Source: a bacterium (GTDB taxonomy: Bacteria > SAR324 > NAC60-12). Taken from it: a DNA stretch of 64,000 bases. Numbering within the stretch: position 1 is the stretch's first letter; each line of letters begins with the position of its first letter. The DNA is taken from positions 576,001 to 640,000 of the forward strand of contig OZ242383.1 in NCBI GenBank assembly GCA_965209155.1, written 5' to 3'. The notes below the pieces were generated by a model. That model was not told where the DNA came from. It searched no databases and saw nothing but the letters and a program-made list of their open reading frames with translations. Positions 7,954 through 19,062 of this stretch are shown here, in pieces. The translations under genes were made by a program, and so were the position numbers.

Positions 7954-10900
7954 ATGGAAATGCCATATACTCAGCAGACTTCCTTGGATCAGCATAGGAA
8001 ACGGTTTTTGACCGATGATCGCTGTCACCAGCATCTTTTTACGGTTCGCTGGCCCCAGGGGTTTGTCTGTCCCGCCTGCGGTCATCATGAGTATTACGAG
8101 GTATCGCTGCGCAAGCTGTTTCAATGCAAACAATGTCATTCCCAAACTTCTGCGACGGCGGGCACGATCATGCACCGGACCCGGACTCCGCTGCGTTATT
8201 GGTTTTGGGGGATTTATTATGTGGCGGCATGCAATGGCGAGACGACGGCTCAACAACTATCAGAAAAAATCGGATTGAATTACTATTCCGCCCGGAGAAT
8301 GCTGGGAAAAATCCATGAAATCGAAAAGGACCAGGGGTTCCTGGGGGATCTGCTGAAAAGCTTCAAAATGCCTGAACCGTCCAAGGAAGAACTCTCTATT
8401 GGACCGGGAATGGAAACGCAATCCAGGCCAATAAAAGGGCCGTATCCACTAAGAGAGCCAACGATTCCAGACAGAAAAAATCCGGAGATTCTGGGTTATT
8501 CGCTGGAGGAGGTCATTTTTGAAAGTGGACGGACCTGGTTCAGGCGCGGCAGGCGGCAAAGGGACGGGCTTTCGGTCCTGATCAAGGGACCAGCTTCCTC
8601 TGAGCAGAGTGCCCAGGAACTGGCGGAAATGCGGCACGAGCATGAGATCACTCAGGCTCTTAGGATCGATGGGGTTCTCAGGGCAGAGGAACTGGTGCAT
8701 TGTGAGAACGGATGGGCGTTGATCCTGGAAAACACCGATTCGCTCCCTTTAAGAAAGCTGATGGATGCCGCCCGGCTCGACCTGCTGGACTCGCTGAAGA
8801 TAGCAGTTTCACTGATCGATATTCTGAAAGAAGTGCACCAGCAGGGCATCCTGCATAAAATGATCAACCCGTTCAATATTTTTGTCGATCCGGCATCGGG
8901 GACGGTCAAACTGAGCGGCTTCGGCCTGGCCACCCGGTTGCCTGAGAAAAATTTGACGACGTTGAGTCCTCAGCTGACCGGGGAAACCCTGCCCTATATC
9001 TCCCCCGAGCAGACCGGCCGGATGAACCGGCCCCTCGATTATCGCAGTGATTTTTATTCCCTGGGCGTCACCCTCTATGAGCTTTTCAGCGGAAGAGTGC
9101 CTTTCCACTCCCGGGAGGCCATGGAAATCATCCACGCTCACATTGCCCGGCAGCCCCTGTCCCCTGACGAGATTGAACCGCAAGTACCCAGAGTCCTTTC
9201 TAATATGGTGATGAAACTGCTGGCCAAGCGTGCCGAGGCGCGCTACCAGAGTCACTCGGGTCTGGCATCCGATCTCCTGGCATGTGTGGATCAGCTCGAA
9301 AACCAGGGGAGCCTGTCCGACTTTCCTCTGGGCCGCCATGATATGCCTGAAGAACTGCAGATCGCCCCGGGCTTTATGGCCGGGAGGATGAAATCACCGC
9401 CCTGGAGGCTGCCCTGGAACGAGTCAGCCAGGGAGCGACCGAGATGGTGCTGGTCTCGGGAAGCGCCGGTGTCGGTAAAACCGCCCTGGTCGGTGAAATT
9501 CACCGGTCCATTGCCCAAAAAAACGGCTTTTTCATCTCCGGCAAGTTTGACCAGCTCCGGCACAATATCCCCTACAGCGCCCTGATCCAGGCGCTGCGGG
9601 GACTCATCCGGGAGATGTCGGTTGCAAACAAACCCGGAATGGAGCGTTGGAAAAACAGGATACGGGCTGCCCTGGAACCCAACGGACAACTGGTGACCCG
9701 GGTGATCCCGGAACTGGAACAGATGATCGGCCCGCAACCCCCGCTGTCGGAAATGGGAGCGCTGGAGGCCCGGAACCGTTTCACTGCCGTTTTACTGGAG
9801 TTCATCGACCTTTTCTGTGAAAAGACCCATCCCCTGGTTATTTTTCTGGACGACCTGCAGTGGGTGGACGCCGATACCCTCAAGCTGGTGGAACGGATCG
9901 CTCAGGATCCGGAGAGGAAACCTCTGCTTTTCCTGGGGGCCTATCGCGACAACGAGGTGGAGGTCGATCATCGGCTGATGATCAGTTGTGAGGTGATCAA
10001 AAAAACAGGTCAGCCTGTGCAAACAATCCCCTTAAAGCCCCTCAACCCGGATGACATCTCACAACTGCTCGTCCATACCTGCCACTGCCGTCCTGAGGAT
10101 GCCAAACCGCTGGCCGAGGTTCTGGTGCGCAAAACCGGCGGCAATCCCTTCTTTGTGAGCCAGTTCTTGAACGTACTCTCCGAAAAGGAGCTGATCGGTT
10201 ACTCCCCCGAGGAAAAACGATGGACCTGGGATCTGGCTGCCATCGAATTCCTGGCGGTGACCGAAAATGTGGTGGATTTGCTGGTTGACCGGCTCCATCG
10301 ATTTTCCTCTGAAACCAGGAAACTCTTAAGCCTGGCGGCCTGCATCGGCAATACCTTTGACCTGGAATCGTTGGAACTGATCAGCGGAGCCGGAGGCAGA
10401 GAGATCGATGAGAACCTGTTGCCGGCCCTTGAAAATGGGTTGATTCTCGGTTTTTCCCAAGCCCCGCAGCTGGATAATCCTCTGGACGGAGCGAGCGCGG
10501 AGAGCGGCAGCTACAAATTCCTGCATGACCGGGTGCAGCAGGCTGCCTATGCCCTCATTGCCCAAAAGGAGAAACAGACGGTCCATCTTCAAATCGGTCA
10601 GACCCTGCTCAAGCAATACGCTCCAGAGAAAGGTGTAGATCTGCTTTTTGACATCGTCCACCATCTCAACCTGGCCCGGAGGGTGAAGGATAAATGGAAA
10701 GAACGATTGCATCTGGCAGAACTCAACTTGAAAGCTGGTCGTCAGGCCAGAGCGGCTTCGGCTTTTGAACAGGCTCTGGAATACTTTACCCTGGGCCTGG
10801 ATCTCTTAGGAGCCGCCGCCTGGAAACGGCATTACCCCCTGGCCTTATCCCTGCATGAAGCCGCCACGGAGATGTCATCGCTCTGCGGCCGCTTCGAGTT

Positions 10901-13900
10901 GATGGAGGAGCTGGCGGGTGCTGTAAAAGACAACGCCCGAGAAGACCCGGACCTGGCCAATGTTTATCGATGCCGGATCCAGGCGTACACAACCCGAGGT
11001 GAATTAAAAAAGGCACAGGAAACGGGCGCGGAGATTCTGGAGAAATTGGGGTATCAACTGAGCCGTCTGTCTCTCGACCAGTGGCAGCAGACCCTCGTTC
11101 AAATCAAACCCAGCCTGGCCGGTAAAAGCGTCGCAGACGTGATGCGCTTTGAGCCGCTCACCCAAACGGATGCCGAGGTCCTTGTCCCTATCCTGTATGA
11201 ACTCCATTTACCATATGACCAGGCTGGGGCTACTTTGGATGACGGTCTTTGGCAACCCATCGCTGCCAAACGCATCTCTTTGCTGCTGAATCATTTTCAT
11301 CCGCAATATTCACCCGAATTCTATATTCACCTTGGATATATATATTGCGGGTTTGTGCAGGATTTTGAATTTGGTTATGAACTCGGTCGTCTGAGCATAC
11401 AGATCATGGAAGCGCTTGATCTGAAGGAAATAAACTGTAGAGTTTCCGGGGGTTTCAATGGTGGGATCCGGTTCTATGGGGAGCCGCTATCGGCGTCATT
11501 GGATCCCTTGCTGGAAACTCATAAGATGGGAATCGAAACGGGAGATTTCGTCAATGCCGGTATTAGCGCTGTCGCAAGGTGTCGAATAGCGTTTATGTGC
11601 GGGAAAGAGCTGAATTGGCTGAAAGGGGAATTGTCGACGTTGAAGCTTGCTCTCAAGAAGATTGATTATATTCTCGGGTCTCCCCAAGTCGAAATGCTGA
11701 TGAAGGCGGTCATGATTCTAATGGATGAACCTTCGAGCCTGTCGAACGGCATCATGGATCAATACGACAGGGTGACAAGTACGGAGTACTCATATTATGA
11801 ACATTGCAGTTTTAATTACCAGAAGCTGGTACTGCAAACCCTGTTCGAAGAATACGAAGCAGCCCGTGAGACGGTTTTTGAAATGATCAACCTGATGAAA
11901 ACCTACAAGGATTCCCTTGTTGATCCCCTGGCCAACTGCTACCTGTCTTTCGCTCTCCTGGCGGTTTGCAACCAGGGGAGCGAGGGGGAAAAGGAGGAAA
12001 TCCTCACCCAGGTTGATGACAATCAGGAGACGTTGGAGAAACTGGCGCGCTGCGCACCGCCCAATTATTTGCATAAATACCACCTGGTGGAAGCCGAGCG
12101 GATGAGGGTTTTGGAGGGTCAAAGCGACGCGATCCTGTCCCATTATGACCAGGCCATCGCTTTGGCCAGAGAGAGTGAATTTATCCACGAGGAAGCCCTG
12201 GCCAATGAACTGGCAGCCAGGTACTTGCTCAACCAGGGGCAGAACGACGCCGCCGGCTCTTACCTGCGCTCAGCAATGGAAAAATACGAAACCTGGGGGG
12301 CAAAACGGAAGGTCGCGCACCTAAAGTCTCGATATCCCGGGCTGATTGCCGATGATCGTGCTGAAGCGGCGTCTCCTTCGGCCAACCTGGATCTGGGGAC
12401 GATGCTCAAAGCCTCGGAGGCCATCTCCAGTACCCTCGAGTTGGAACCGCTGCTGGAGATTCTGCTCCGCATTCTCATGGAAAATGCCGGGGCCCAGACA
12501 GCAACCCTGATTCTGGAAACCGAAGGTCAGTCTCTTATCGCTGCCCGTGGGAGTGCCGAGCAGGTCGAATATTTCCTGCCGCTTTCCCTGCCTGTGGAAA
12601 AGGCCCAATCCCTCTCCCTGTCGGTCATCTCCTGGGTAAAACAAACCCGGGAACACCTGGTTTTGGACAATGCCGCCCGCGAGGAACGGTTTGCCGAGGA
12701 TGATCATATCCAGAGGGAGCGCCCCAAATCCATCCTGTGCGCGCCGATCACTCATCAGTCCGCCTTGAGCGGAATCATTTACCTGGAAAATAACCTGGTT
12801 GAGGGAGCCTTCACCTCCCGGCGATTCGAGGTGATCAAGCACCTTAGCTCCCAGATCGCCATTTCCCTGGAAAATGCCAGGCTTCACGAAAACCTCAAAA
12901 AGGCGCTGGACGAGTCGAAAGCGAGCGAAACCTCCCTGCATGAAGAAAATATCCGTCTGAAGGCCAACATCAAGGAGCGTTATCGGTTCGGAAAGATCAT
13001 CGGCAAAAGCCCCGTGATGCAGGAGATTTGTGAATTAATCTTAAAGGCGGCGGCTAGCGATGCGGGTGTCATTGTCTATGGTGAATCAGGGACCGGTAAA
13101 GAATTGGTGGCTGAAGCCATCCATAAGATGAGTGATAGAAAAGAAAAAGCCTTTGTTCCTGTCAACGCCGGCGGCGTTGCAGAAACCCTCTTGGAAAGTG
13201 AGTTTTTCGGCTACAAAAAAGGGGCCTTTACCGGAGCCAACGCGGATAAGCGCGGCCTGCTCCAATCGGCAGACAAAGGCACGCTTTTCCTGGATGAATT
13301 GGGTGAAATCGGCCCCAATCTGCAAGCCAAACTGCTGCGCGCTATTGAGGGTGGAGGGTTCACGCCAGTAGGCGGACTTGAAGCGGAAACCTCCGATTTT
13401 CGCGTCATTGCCGCCACCAATAAAGATTTAAAAGAACAGGTGAAAAAGGGATTGATGCGGGAGGATTTCCTCTACCGCATCCACATTATCCCTCTTCACT
13501 TGCCGCCTCTCCGGGAACGTAAAGAGGATATCCCCCTGTTGATCGAGCATTTTATGCAAAACTACCCCCCCTCAAAGAACCTGCCCACAATCACCGTCGC
13601 TGTCATGGAAGCTCTGACTTCCTATGATTGGCCGGGCAATGTGAGGGAACTCCAAAATACGTTGCACCGCTACGTTACCTTGAAGAGGCTGGATTTTCTG
13701 GGAGCCCCTTTAAGTGCGCCGGCCCCTTCGCCGGAGATGAAATTTGAACCGATCCGGCCAAATGAAGAGTTGCTCCGAGATGTGGTGGCGCATTTCGAAA
13801 GGGAATATATCCTGAAGCAATTGGAAAGGTACCATTGGAACCGCTCCAAAGTTGCTTCTAAGCTTGGCATTGACCGAAGGACACTTTTTAAAAAGATGAG

Positions 13901-13931
13901 GAGTTATGGGGTGTTTAAGCCCCAAAATTAG
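7954..13931 (+). CDS. Giant signalling protein: IS1595-like Zn-ribbon/HTH + degenerate Ser/Thr kinase + AAA ATPase + helical region + GAF + sigma54 activator + HTH; split by a frameshift near 9365-9371
   Basis: ORF 7954-9585 ([31 protein letters not shown]) continues in the other frame as PGLYGRE into ORF 9444-13931 ([42 protein letters not shown]). Confidence 0.85.
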
Positions 13932-14412
13932 ATGTCTCTTCTTTTCCAAGTATCCAGTTTTCATATTGGAATTGAGCAGTAATTTTAGCGAGTTGTGGAT
14001 AAATTTTGTCTGCACTTATAAGAATAGCGTTTTGAGCGATGGCGGTACTTGCAAGCATCAGATCTATATTATGCCTTTTCATATTTTTTTGTTTTGCCTC
14101 ATCTTCCCCTTGAAGCCCCCAATGGTCACGTAGCCCATTCTTCAAATCTCCAAATAATTCTGCTCCCATTAATGGAACCGCAAGGATTATAAAATCAGAT
14201 TGGGCCAATTGTGTCTGGTCTCGTAGCTTTGACACCTTATCATCAGGAGCATTAGCCCTTCCGTATTCTAGCTCATATAGAGTAAGAACAGAGATATAGA
14301 CTTCATCATCATCACTCAAAGCCATTATCTTTGAATTAATATCTTCATAATGCTCATCAGCTTCATTATAAAAACTAGAAACAGTTTCTGAATCGAGCAA
14401 GTATTTCATCAA
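13915..14412 (-). CDS. PIN-domain (VapC-like) toxin
   Basis: YLLDS, ISVLTLYEL, DLMLASTA and LISAD PIN motifs. Confidence 0.82.
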   Translation of the reverse strand: MMKYLLDSETVSSFYNEADEHYEDINSKIMALSDDDEVYISVLTLYELEYGRANAPDDKVSKLRDQTQLAQSDFIILAVPLMGAELFGDLKNGLRDHWGLQGEDEAKQKNMKRHNIDLMLASTAIAQNAILISADKIYPQLAKITAQFQYENWILGKEETSNFGA

Positions 14413-14413
14413 A

Positions 14414-14668
14414 TTATTCTTGATCGTGTTTAAACTGAAAATTTTCTCGGAAATCCTTTCGATGTTGACGATCTGTTTCGGTGTAATTTCCTAGACTAAT
14501 AGGATTTTTTTTATTTCTTGCTACAATTTTTGCCCATTTGGAAGGTTCTGTGCTTGAAGCCTGCTTACCTGCTGGTTGAACTCCCAAAAGTTGTTCAAGC
14601 TCCTCTAATGGCATAGATTCAAGTTTACTTGCCAATTCTGGAGTCAGGTCATTTCGATTTACCTGCAT
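14414..14668 (-). CDS. Putative antitoxin (start uncertain)
   Basis: Small ORF ending 1 bp before the PIN gene on the same strand. Confidence 0.55.
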   Translation of the reverse strand: MQVNRNDLTPELASKLESMPLEELEQLLGVQPAGKQASSTEPSKWAKIVARNKKNPISLGNYTETDRQHRKDFRENFQFKHDQE

Positions 14669-15126
14669 ATTGCCTTTTGCGATTGGTGATGTTGCCATAA
14701 AATTTGAGGGCATACTTGCGGCAATTATACACGTTTCTCTAAATGGAAGCAAATAAAGTATCCACGCCCAAAGGACGTGGTTTTGATTTTCCCCTGGAAG
14801 GGGATTTCGTGACCGTACTCGTGAGACGTGCTCGTGCTCGTGAACGAAAACAGCCGGCTAAGAATTCATTCAATGACCTGTCTTCTCTTCTAAGAAGTAA
14901 CCATCCCCAAAGGGAGCTCGGATCACTGAAATCGAGCACGTTCACGAGCACGATGACGAACACGGGTACGTTTCTGGCAGAGCCAATTCTCTCTGACCAC
15001 GACTGGGCTGGGCCGCATTCGGATCCCCGCCCAGAGGACGTGGTTTTAAGGTTAAAAAAATGACCATTAAAAACTGACTGTCAAGAGGGATCGACCTATT
15101 TGTGATCAGAGCAGGCTCGTCCTTCA

Positions 15127-15179
15127 GACACTTTTTAAAAAGATAAGAAGTTGTGGGGTGTTTAAGTCCCAAAATGAGA
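15127..15179 (+). repeat. Direct-repeat copy of the 3' end of the sigma54-activator gene (13880-13932)
   Basis: 48/53 identical by manual alignment. Confidence 0.85.
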
Positions 15180-15244
15180 CGAAATGACCCCAGTTTTAAT
15201 TTTTCATTAAATTTCAGTAGGTTATCCTGAAAACCCACGGTAGT

Positions 15245-15264
15245 ATGGGGTCATTTGACCCCAT
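15245..15264. promoter_or_regulatory. Palindrome ATGGGGTCA-TT-TGACCCCAT, candidate activator binding site (UAS)
   Basis: Perfect 9-bp arms; degenerate copies at about 15153, 15174 and 13906. Confidence 0.55.
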
Positions 15265-15350
15265 TTCGCGATCTTTTCAAAAGGGAATTATATACAAAGT
15301 TAACCACGGATTCACACACTTGACATCCCAACGTAAAGAGTAATCACGGC

Positions 15351-15509
15351 CTACTCTTTACTTTCTTCCTTCTGCATAAATTTCCATTGATCAGAACGCC
15401 GGGGCGGGGATTTTAAAAACACAGTTATGATCTCGTCTGCCGTTGCGTTAATCTTTTCCGGCATCGGCTTGGCGGGTCTTCCTACTTTTTTCTTCTCTTT
15501 TGTTTTCAT
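15351..15509 (-). CDS. Small basic passenger protein inside IS1595
   Basis: MKTKEKKKVGRPAKPMPEKI with AGGAG RBS, downstream of the transposase. Confidence 0.55.
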   Translation of the reverse strand: MKTKEKKKVGRPAKPMPEKINATADEIITVFLKSPPRRSDQWKFMQKEESKE

Positions 15510-15584
15510 TTTAAATCTCCTGATATATTGTTGACATTCCTTCACAATCAAGTAGCTAATCTGATCATGCAGGAATGCAAATAT

Positions 15585-16517
15585 TCAAGCTATCAGATTT
15601 TTATACTTAAGCCGTTTTCCTTCCATGCCTTTGGCCATTGATTCGATTTGTGCCAGGGTATCAAGCTCTCGCTGATTTTGCCTACCAGCAAATTCCTTAA
15701 CATAGCGATCCAAATGCTTGGCACTCATTTTGTGATATGTCCCTTTGTGTCCCCTTTTGAGCATACTCCAGAAGGAATCAATACCAGCAGTATGGACATC
15801 TCCTCTCACGTATTCATCGTGGCTATGCCGGACAGATTCATGATTAGGAAGCCCCTTATAAACGGTAGCTTCGTCTGTATAAATCATGGAATTTTGTTTT
15901 ACATATTCCTGGATCATCTTCTCAATAACCGGCTTCTTTGTATCTTCCGTTGCGGTGGCTACCACTTGTCCGGTCTCTCGATCCTTAATACCTACAACTG
16001 GGGATTTGCCAACCGTACCCCGTCCCTCTTTCTTCTTTTTAGACTCATGTTTCAGAGATTCCTTACCCCCTACATAAGTCTCGTCCATTTCAACCGGACC
16101 ATTAAAAAGAGGTTTGTTATTATTCCAGCATTCCCGGATTCTATGATTGACAAACCATGCCGTTTTTTGAGTAAATCCCAATTCCCGGTATAGCTTCATA
16201 CTGGCAACCCCTTTGATATTCGTGGCCATCAGATAGAAAGCGAAAGCCCACTTCCGGTAACCAATTTTAGAAGCTTCCATAGCCGTTCCGGTCTTCACTG
16301 AAAAAAACTTCCTACAATCTTTACAACGAAACGGCATCGGATTTTTAGAATTTTCATACTTTATAATTCGCTCGCTTTCACAATGTGCACATCGTATCCC
16401 ATCAGGCCATCGCTTATCAATGAACATTTTTTCAGCCGTCTTGTCATCTGGGAACATGTCCATCAGTTCCAAAACCGTGATGCCTTTTCTGTGATTTTTT
16501 CCGGGTGCTTCTGCCAT
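15585..16517 (-). CDS. IS1595-family transposase
   Basis: RWPDG.RCAHC..CKDC Zn ribbon; VEMDETYVGG, YTDE, HKMSAKHLDRY..EF. Confidence 0.93.
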   Translation of the reverse strand: MAEAPGKNHRKGITVLELMDMFPDDKTAEKMFIDKRWPDGIRCAHCESERIIKYENSKNPMPFRCKDCRKFFSVKTGTAMEASKIGYRKWAFAFYLMATNIKGVASMKLYRELGFTQKTAWFVNHRIRECWNNNKPLFNGPVEMDETYVGGKESLKHESKKKKEGRGTVGKSPVVGIKDRETGQVVATATEDTKKPVIEKMIQEYVKQNSMIYTDEATVYKGLPNHESVRHSHDEYVRGDVHTAGIDSFWSMLKRGHKGTYHKMSAKHLDRYVKEFAGRQNQRELDTLAQIESMAKGMEGKRLKYKNLIA

Positions 16518-16766
16518 TTTTCAACTCCATGAAAAGTTAATAATTTTAGAAGTATATTAACCAATAAATCACAGTCTGTCAACAAAAAAATGCGTTTTTA
16601 TTCATTTTTGTTTATTATTTTTGGACTGGGATTAGGCGAGGCGTAGCGCCCGGCCTGCAAATCCATGGTTAACTTTGTATATAATTCCCTTTCAAAACCT
16701 GTCAACACTTCCTCTGTCATCAATTATTCTAATGAATTCAGTCACTTAGACTATCCCACGCCGTTT

Positions 16767-16781
16767 TGGCATCCTCCTTGC
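16767..16781 (+). promoter_or_regulatory. sigma54 (-24/-12) promoter upstream of the ABC importer operon
   Basis: TGGCATCCTCCTTGC fits TGGCA-N6-TTGC (GG-N10-GC). Confidence 0.7.
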
Positions 16782-16822
16782 CTAATACTATTACCACAAG
16801 TTAATCCCTTCCGCTCTCAAAA

Positions 16823-16875
16823 GACCGCAAAGCGGTCAAAGCCGCGCGTCCCAACGCGAAGCATGGGGACGATTT
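16823..16875. repeat. Palindromic repeat (GACCGCAAAGCGGTC plus TCCCA..TGGG.ACG hairpin)
   Basis: Related copy at 18887-18986. Confidence 0.65.
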
Positions 16876-17092
16876 AAGGGGAGAAAAGGGTTATCGGTCA
16901 GACACTCGAAGTAAATCATCATTAAAGGAGGAAATGCCTATGGAATAAAACCCGTTTTGAAACAGCTGATGGGCGCGTGAGAGCGTCATTTTGTCATTTA
17001 TTTTTTATTTTTTTAAGGAGAATCTTATGAAATCGAAAATCGCTATTCTGTTAATGCCATTTTTTCATTCATTATATTTTAAGGAGAATCTT

Positions 17093-18862
17093 ATGAAATC
17101 GAAAATCACTAAGTTTACTCTGCTGGCCCTCATCGTGGCTGCAGTCTTCATCTTCACTTCCGCTATCGCCCAAGAGAGGAAGATGCTCAAAGACCCGTCC
17201 ACCGGCAAGATGGTGACAGCACCTGAATACGGTGGAACAATTGTTTTCCCACCAACTGGCAATGGTCCTGAGCAACCGCACGCTGACGTTGTGATCAAAG
17301 GAAATTATATTATAAGTGAGGCCATTGCTCCCGTACTAGAGAAGATGGGTATGACAGACTGGTCAACGCCCAGGGACAAAGAGTGTTTTTGCGCGTGGTC
17401 TGCTCCGTTGGAAACTAGTAAACCACACCTGGCGGAGAGCTACGAGACGCCAGACCCCCTGACCTACATCTTCAAAATCCGCAAGGGCATTCACTGGCAC
17501 GATAAACCTCCGATGAACGGGCGGGAGCTGACTGCTGATGACATTGCATATAACTATCACCGGGTAACGGGTCTGGGGAGCGGCTTCACCGAGCCAAACA
17601 AATTTGTGCACAATATCTCCGGCTTGGGAATCGAATCGATAACGGCGACCGACAGGTATACGGTTGTCTTCAAGATGAAAAAAGTAAACTGGATGGCCCT
17701 TTTACAAATTTACTATAATAGCACCGAGGGTTCCTGGATATATCCCCCTGAAGTCATCAAGGAACACGGGGACGCTCAGGACTGGAAGAACCTCGTCGGC
17801 ACCGGACCCTATGAGTGGACCGACTGGGTAAAGGGCACCTCGATGACCTTCAAAAAGAATCCTAACTACTGGGCCTTTGACGAAAAGTTCCCGGAGTACC
17901 GGCTGCCCTACGCGGATGAGCTCAAGAGGGTACAAATAACGGATCCAGCTACGCAATTGGCGGCATTTCGGGCGGGCCAGATTGCTATTTTGCGACATCT
18001 TGGCGTAGACGACGGAGAGTCACTCAGGCGGACTAATCCTGATGCCACGACGTTTACGTCAATGTACCAGACCACGAAAGCTTCCTTTGCCATGAATGTG
18101 CGCGAGGCACCTTTTGACGACATCCGCGTGCGTCAGGCTATGAATTTGGCGTTAGACCACGAGACAATGAACAAAGCCCTTTATGGGGGACTTGGAGACG
18201 CGACGCCTTACGGGATTGTTGGGCCGAGTTTCCCCGGGGAATTCATCCCATTCGAGGAGTGGCCGGAAGCGGTCAAGGCAAACCATCGCTATGACCCGGA
18301 AAGGGCGAAACGGCTTCTGGCGGAAGCCGGCTACCCCAACGGCTTCAAGACCACTCTCAACTACACCACGGAATGGTATTCAGTGGATCTGGACTATGCG
18401 CAAGCAGCTAAGGACTACTGGAAGCAGATTGGCGTTGACGTCGAAATTAAGCTGACTGACGGAGCGACCGCTGCCGCTAACATACAAAATGCGACTTATA
18501 AAGGTATGACCTTTGCCGGCCGGGCTAACCAAATCGTGCCGCTTTTTGAAATAAGGGAGTTTGGTCACGCGGGTCAGGGAGCAACGAACCATTCCTTGCA
18601 CCAGGACATTGTCATGGATACCCTGATTGAAGCCGCCGAAAATGCCCCCACCTTGGAGAAAAGTATGGCGCTGACGGCTGAGGCCGATATGTACTATATA
18701 AAGCAGCAATGGACGACGTGGGCTCCGCGACCGCCTGAGTATGTCTTCGCTCAGCCGTGGCTGAAAGGTTGGAATGGTGAGTATTTTGTGGGAAGCGGAT
18801 ATGCGACTCTCTACTCCCGTCTCTGGGTTGACCAAAAGCTGAAGAAAGAAATGGGGCACTAG
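17093..18862 (+). CDS. ABC transporter substrate-binding protein, peptide/nickel family 5 (alternative in-frame start at 17027)
   Basis: Signal peptide; GTGPY, PFDDIRVRQA and YDPERAKRLLAEAGYPNGF motifs. Confidence 0.9.
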   Translation: MKSKITKFTLLALIVAAVFIFTSAIAQERKMLKDPSTGKMVTAPEYGGTIVFPPTGNGPEQPHADVVIKGNYIISEAIAPVLEKMGMTDWSTPRDKECFCAWSAPLETSKPHLAESYETPDPLTYIFKIRKGIHWHDKPPMNGRELTADDIAYNYHRVTGLGSGFTEPNKFVHNISGLGIESITATDRYTVVFKMKKVNWMALLQIYYNSTEGSWIYPPEVIKEHGDAQDWKNLVGTGPYEWTDWVKGTSMTFKKNPNYWAFDEKFPEYRLPYADELKRVQITDPATQLAAFRAGQIAILRHLGVDDGESLRRTNPDATTFTSMYQTTKASFAMNVREAPFDDIRVRQAMNLALDHETMNKALYGGLGDATPYGIVGPSFPGEFIPFEEWPEAVKANHRYDPERAKRLLAEAGYPNGFKTTLNYTTEWYSVDLDYAQAAKDYWKQIGVDVEIKLTDGATAAANIQNATYKGMTFAGRANQIVPLFEIREFGHAGQGATNHSLHQDIVMDTLIEAAENAPTLEKSMALTAEADMYYIKQQWTTWAPRPPEYVFAQPWLKGWNGEYFVGSGYATLYSRLWVDQKLKKEMGH

Positions 18863-18886
18863 GGATTCATTCCTTTGGATAGCAAA

Positions 18887-18986
18887 TTGTTCCCATGCTT
18901 TGCGTGGGAACAGGGGATTAGACGCTTCGCGTCTGACCGCAAAGCGGTCACATCTTGACATTCCCACGTGAAACGTGGGAACGATT
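18887..18986. repeat. REP-like palindrome cluster (GTTCCCA..TGGGAAC type)
   Basis: Multiple hairpins; bracketed by a 23-bp direct repeat at 18858-18880 and 19029-19051. Confidence 0.7.
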
Positions 18987-19062
18987 TCAGGAATGTTGGA
19001 CATGGGTCAACTATTTTCTAACAGCAATACTAGGGATTCATTCCTTAGGATGATGTTCATAG

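Larger units (their letters stand above)
15283..16689 (-). mobile_element. IS1595-family insertion sequence with a small passenger gene
   Basis: 30-bp TIRs (15283-15312 and 16660-16689, 1 mismatch); 8-bp TSD TTTCAAAA at 15275-15282 and 16690-16697. Confidence 0.95.

Noticed and set aside
14743..15063. 106-aa ORF upstream of the TA pair
   Set aside because: It runs through hexamer repeats, with no RBS or motif support.
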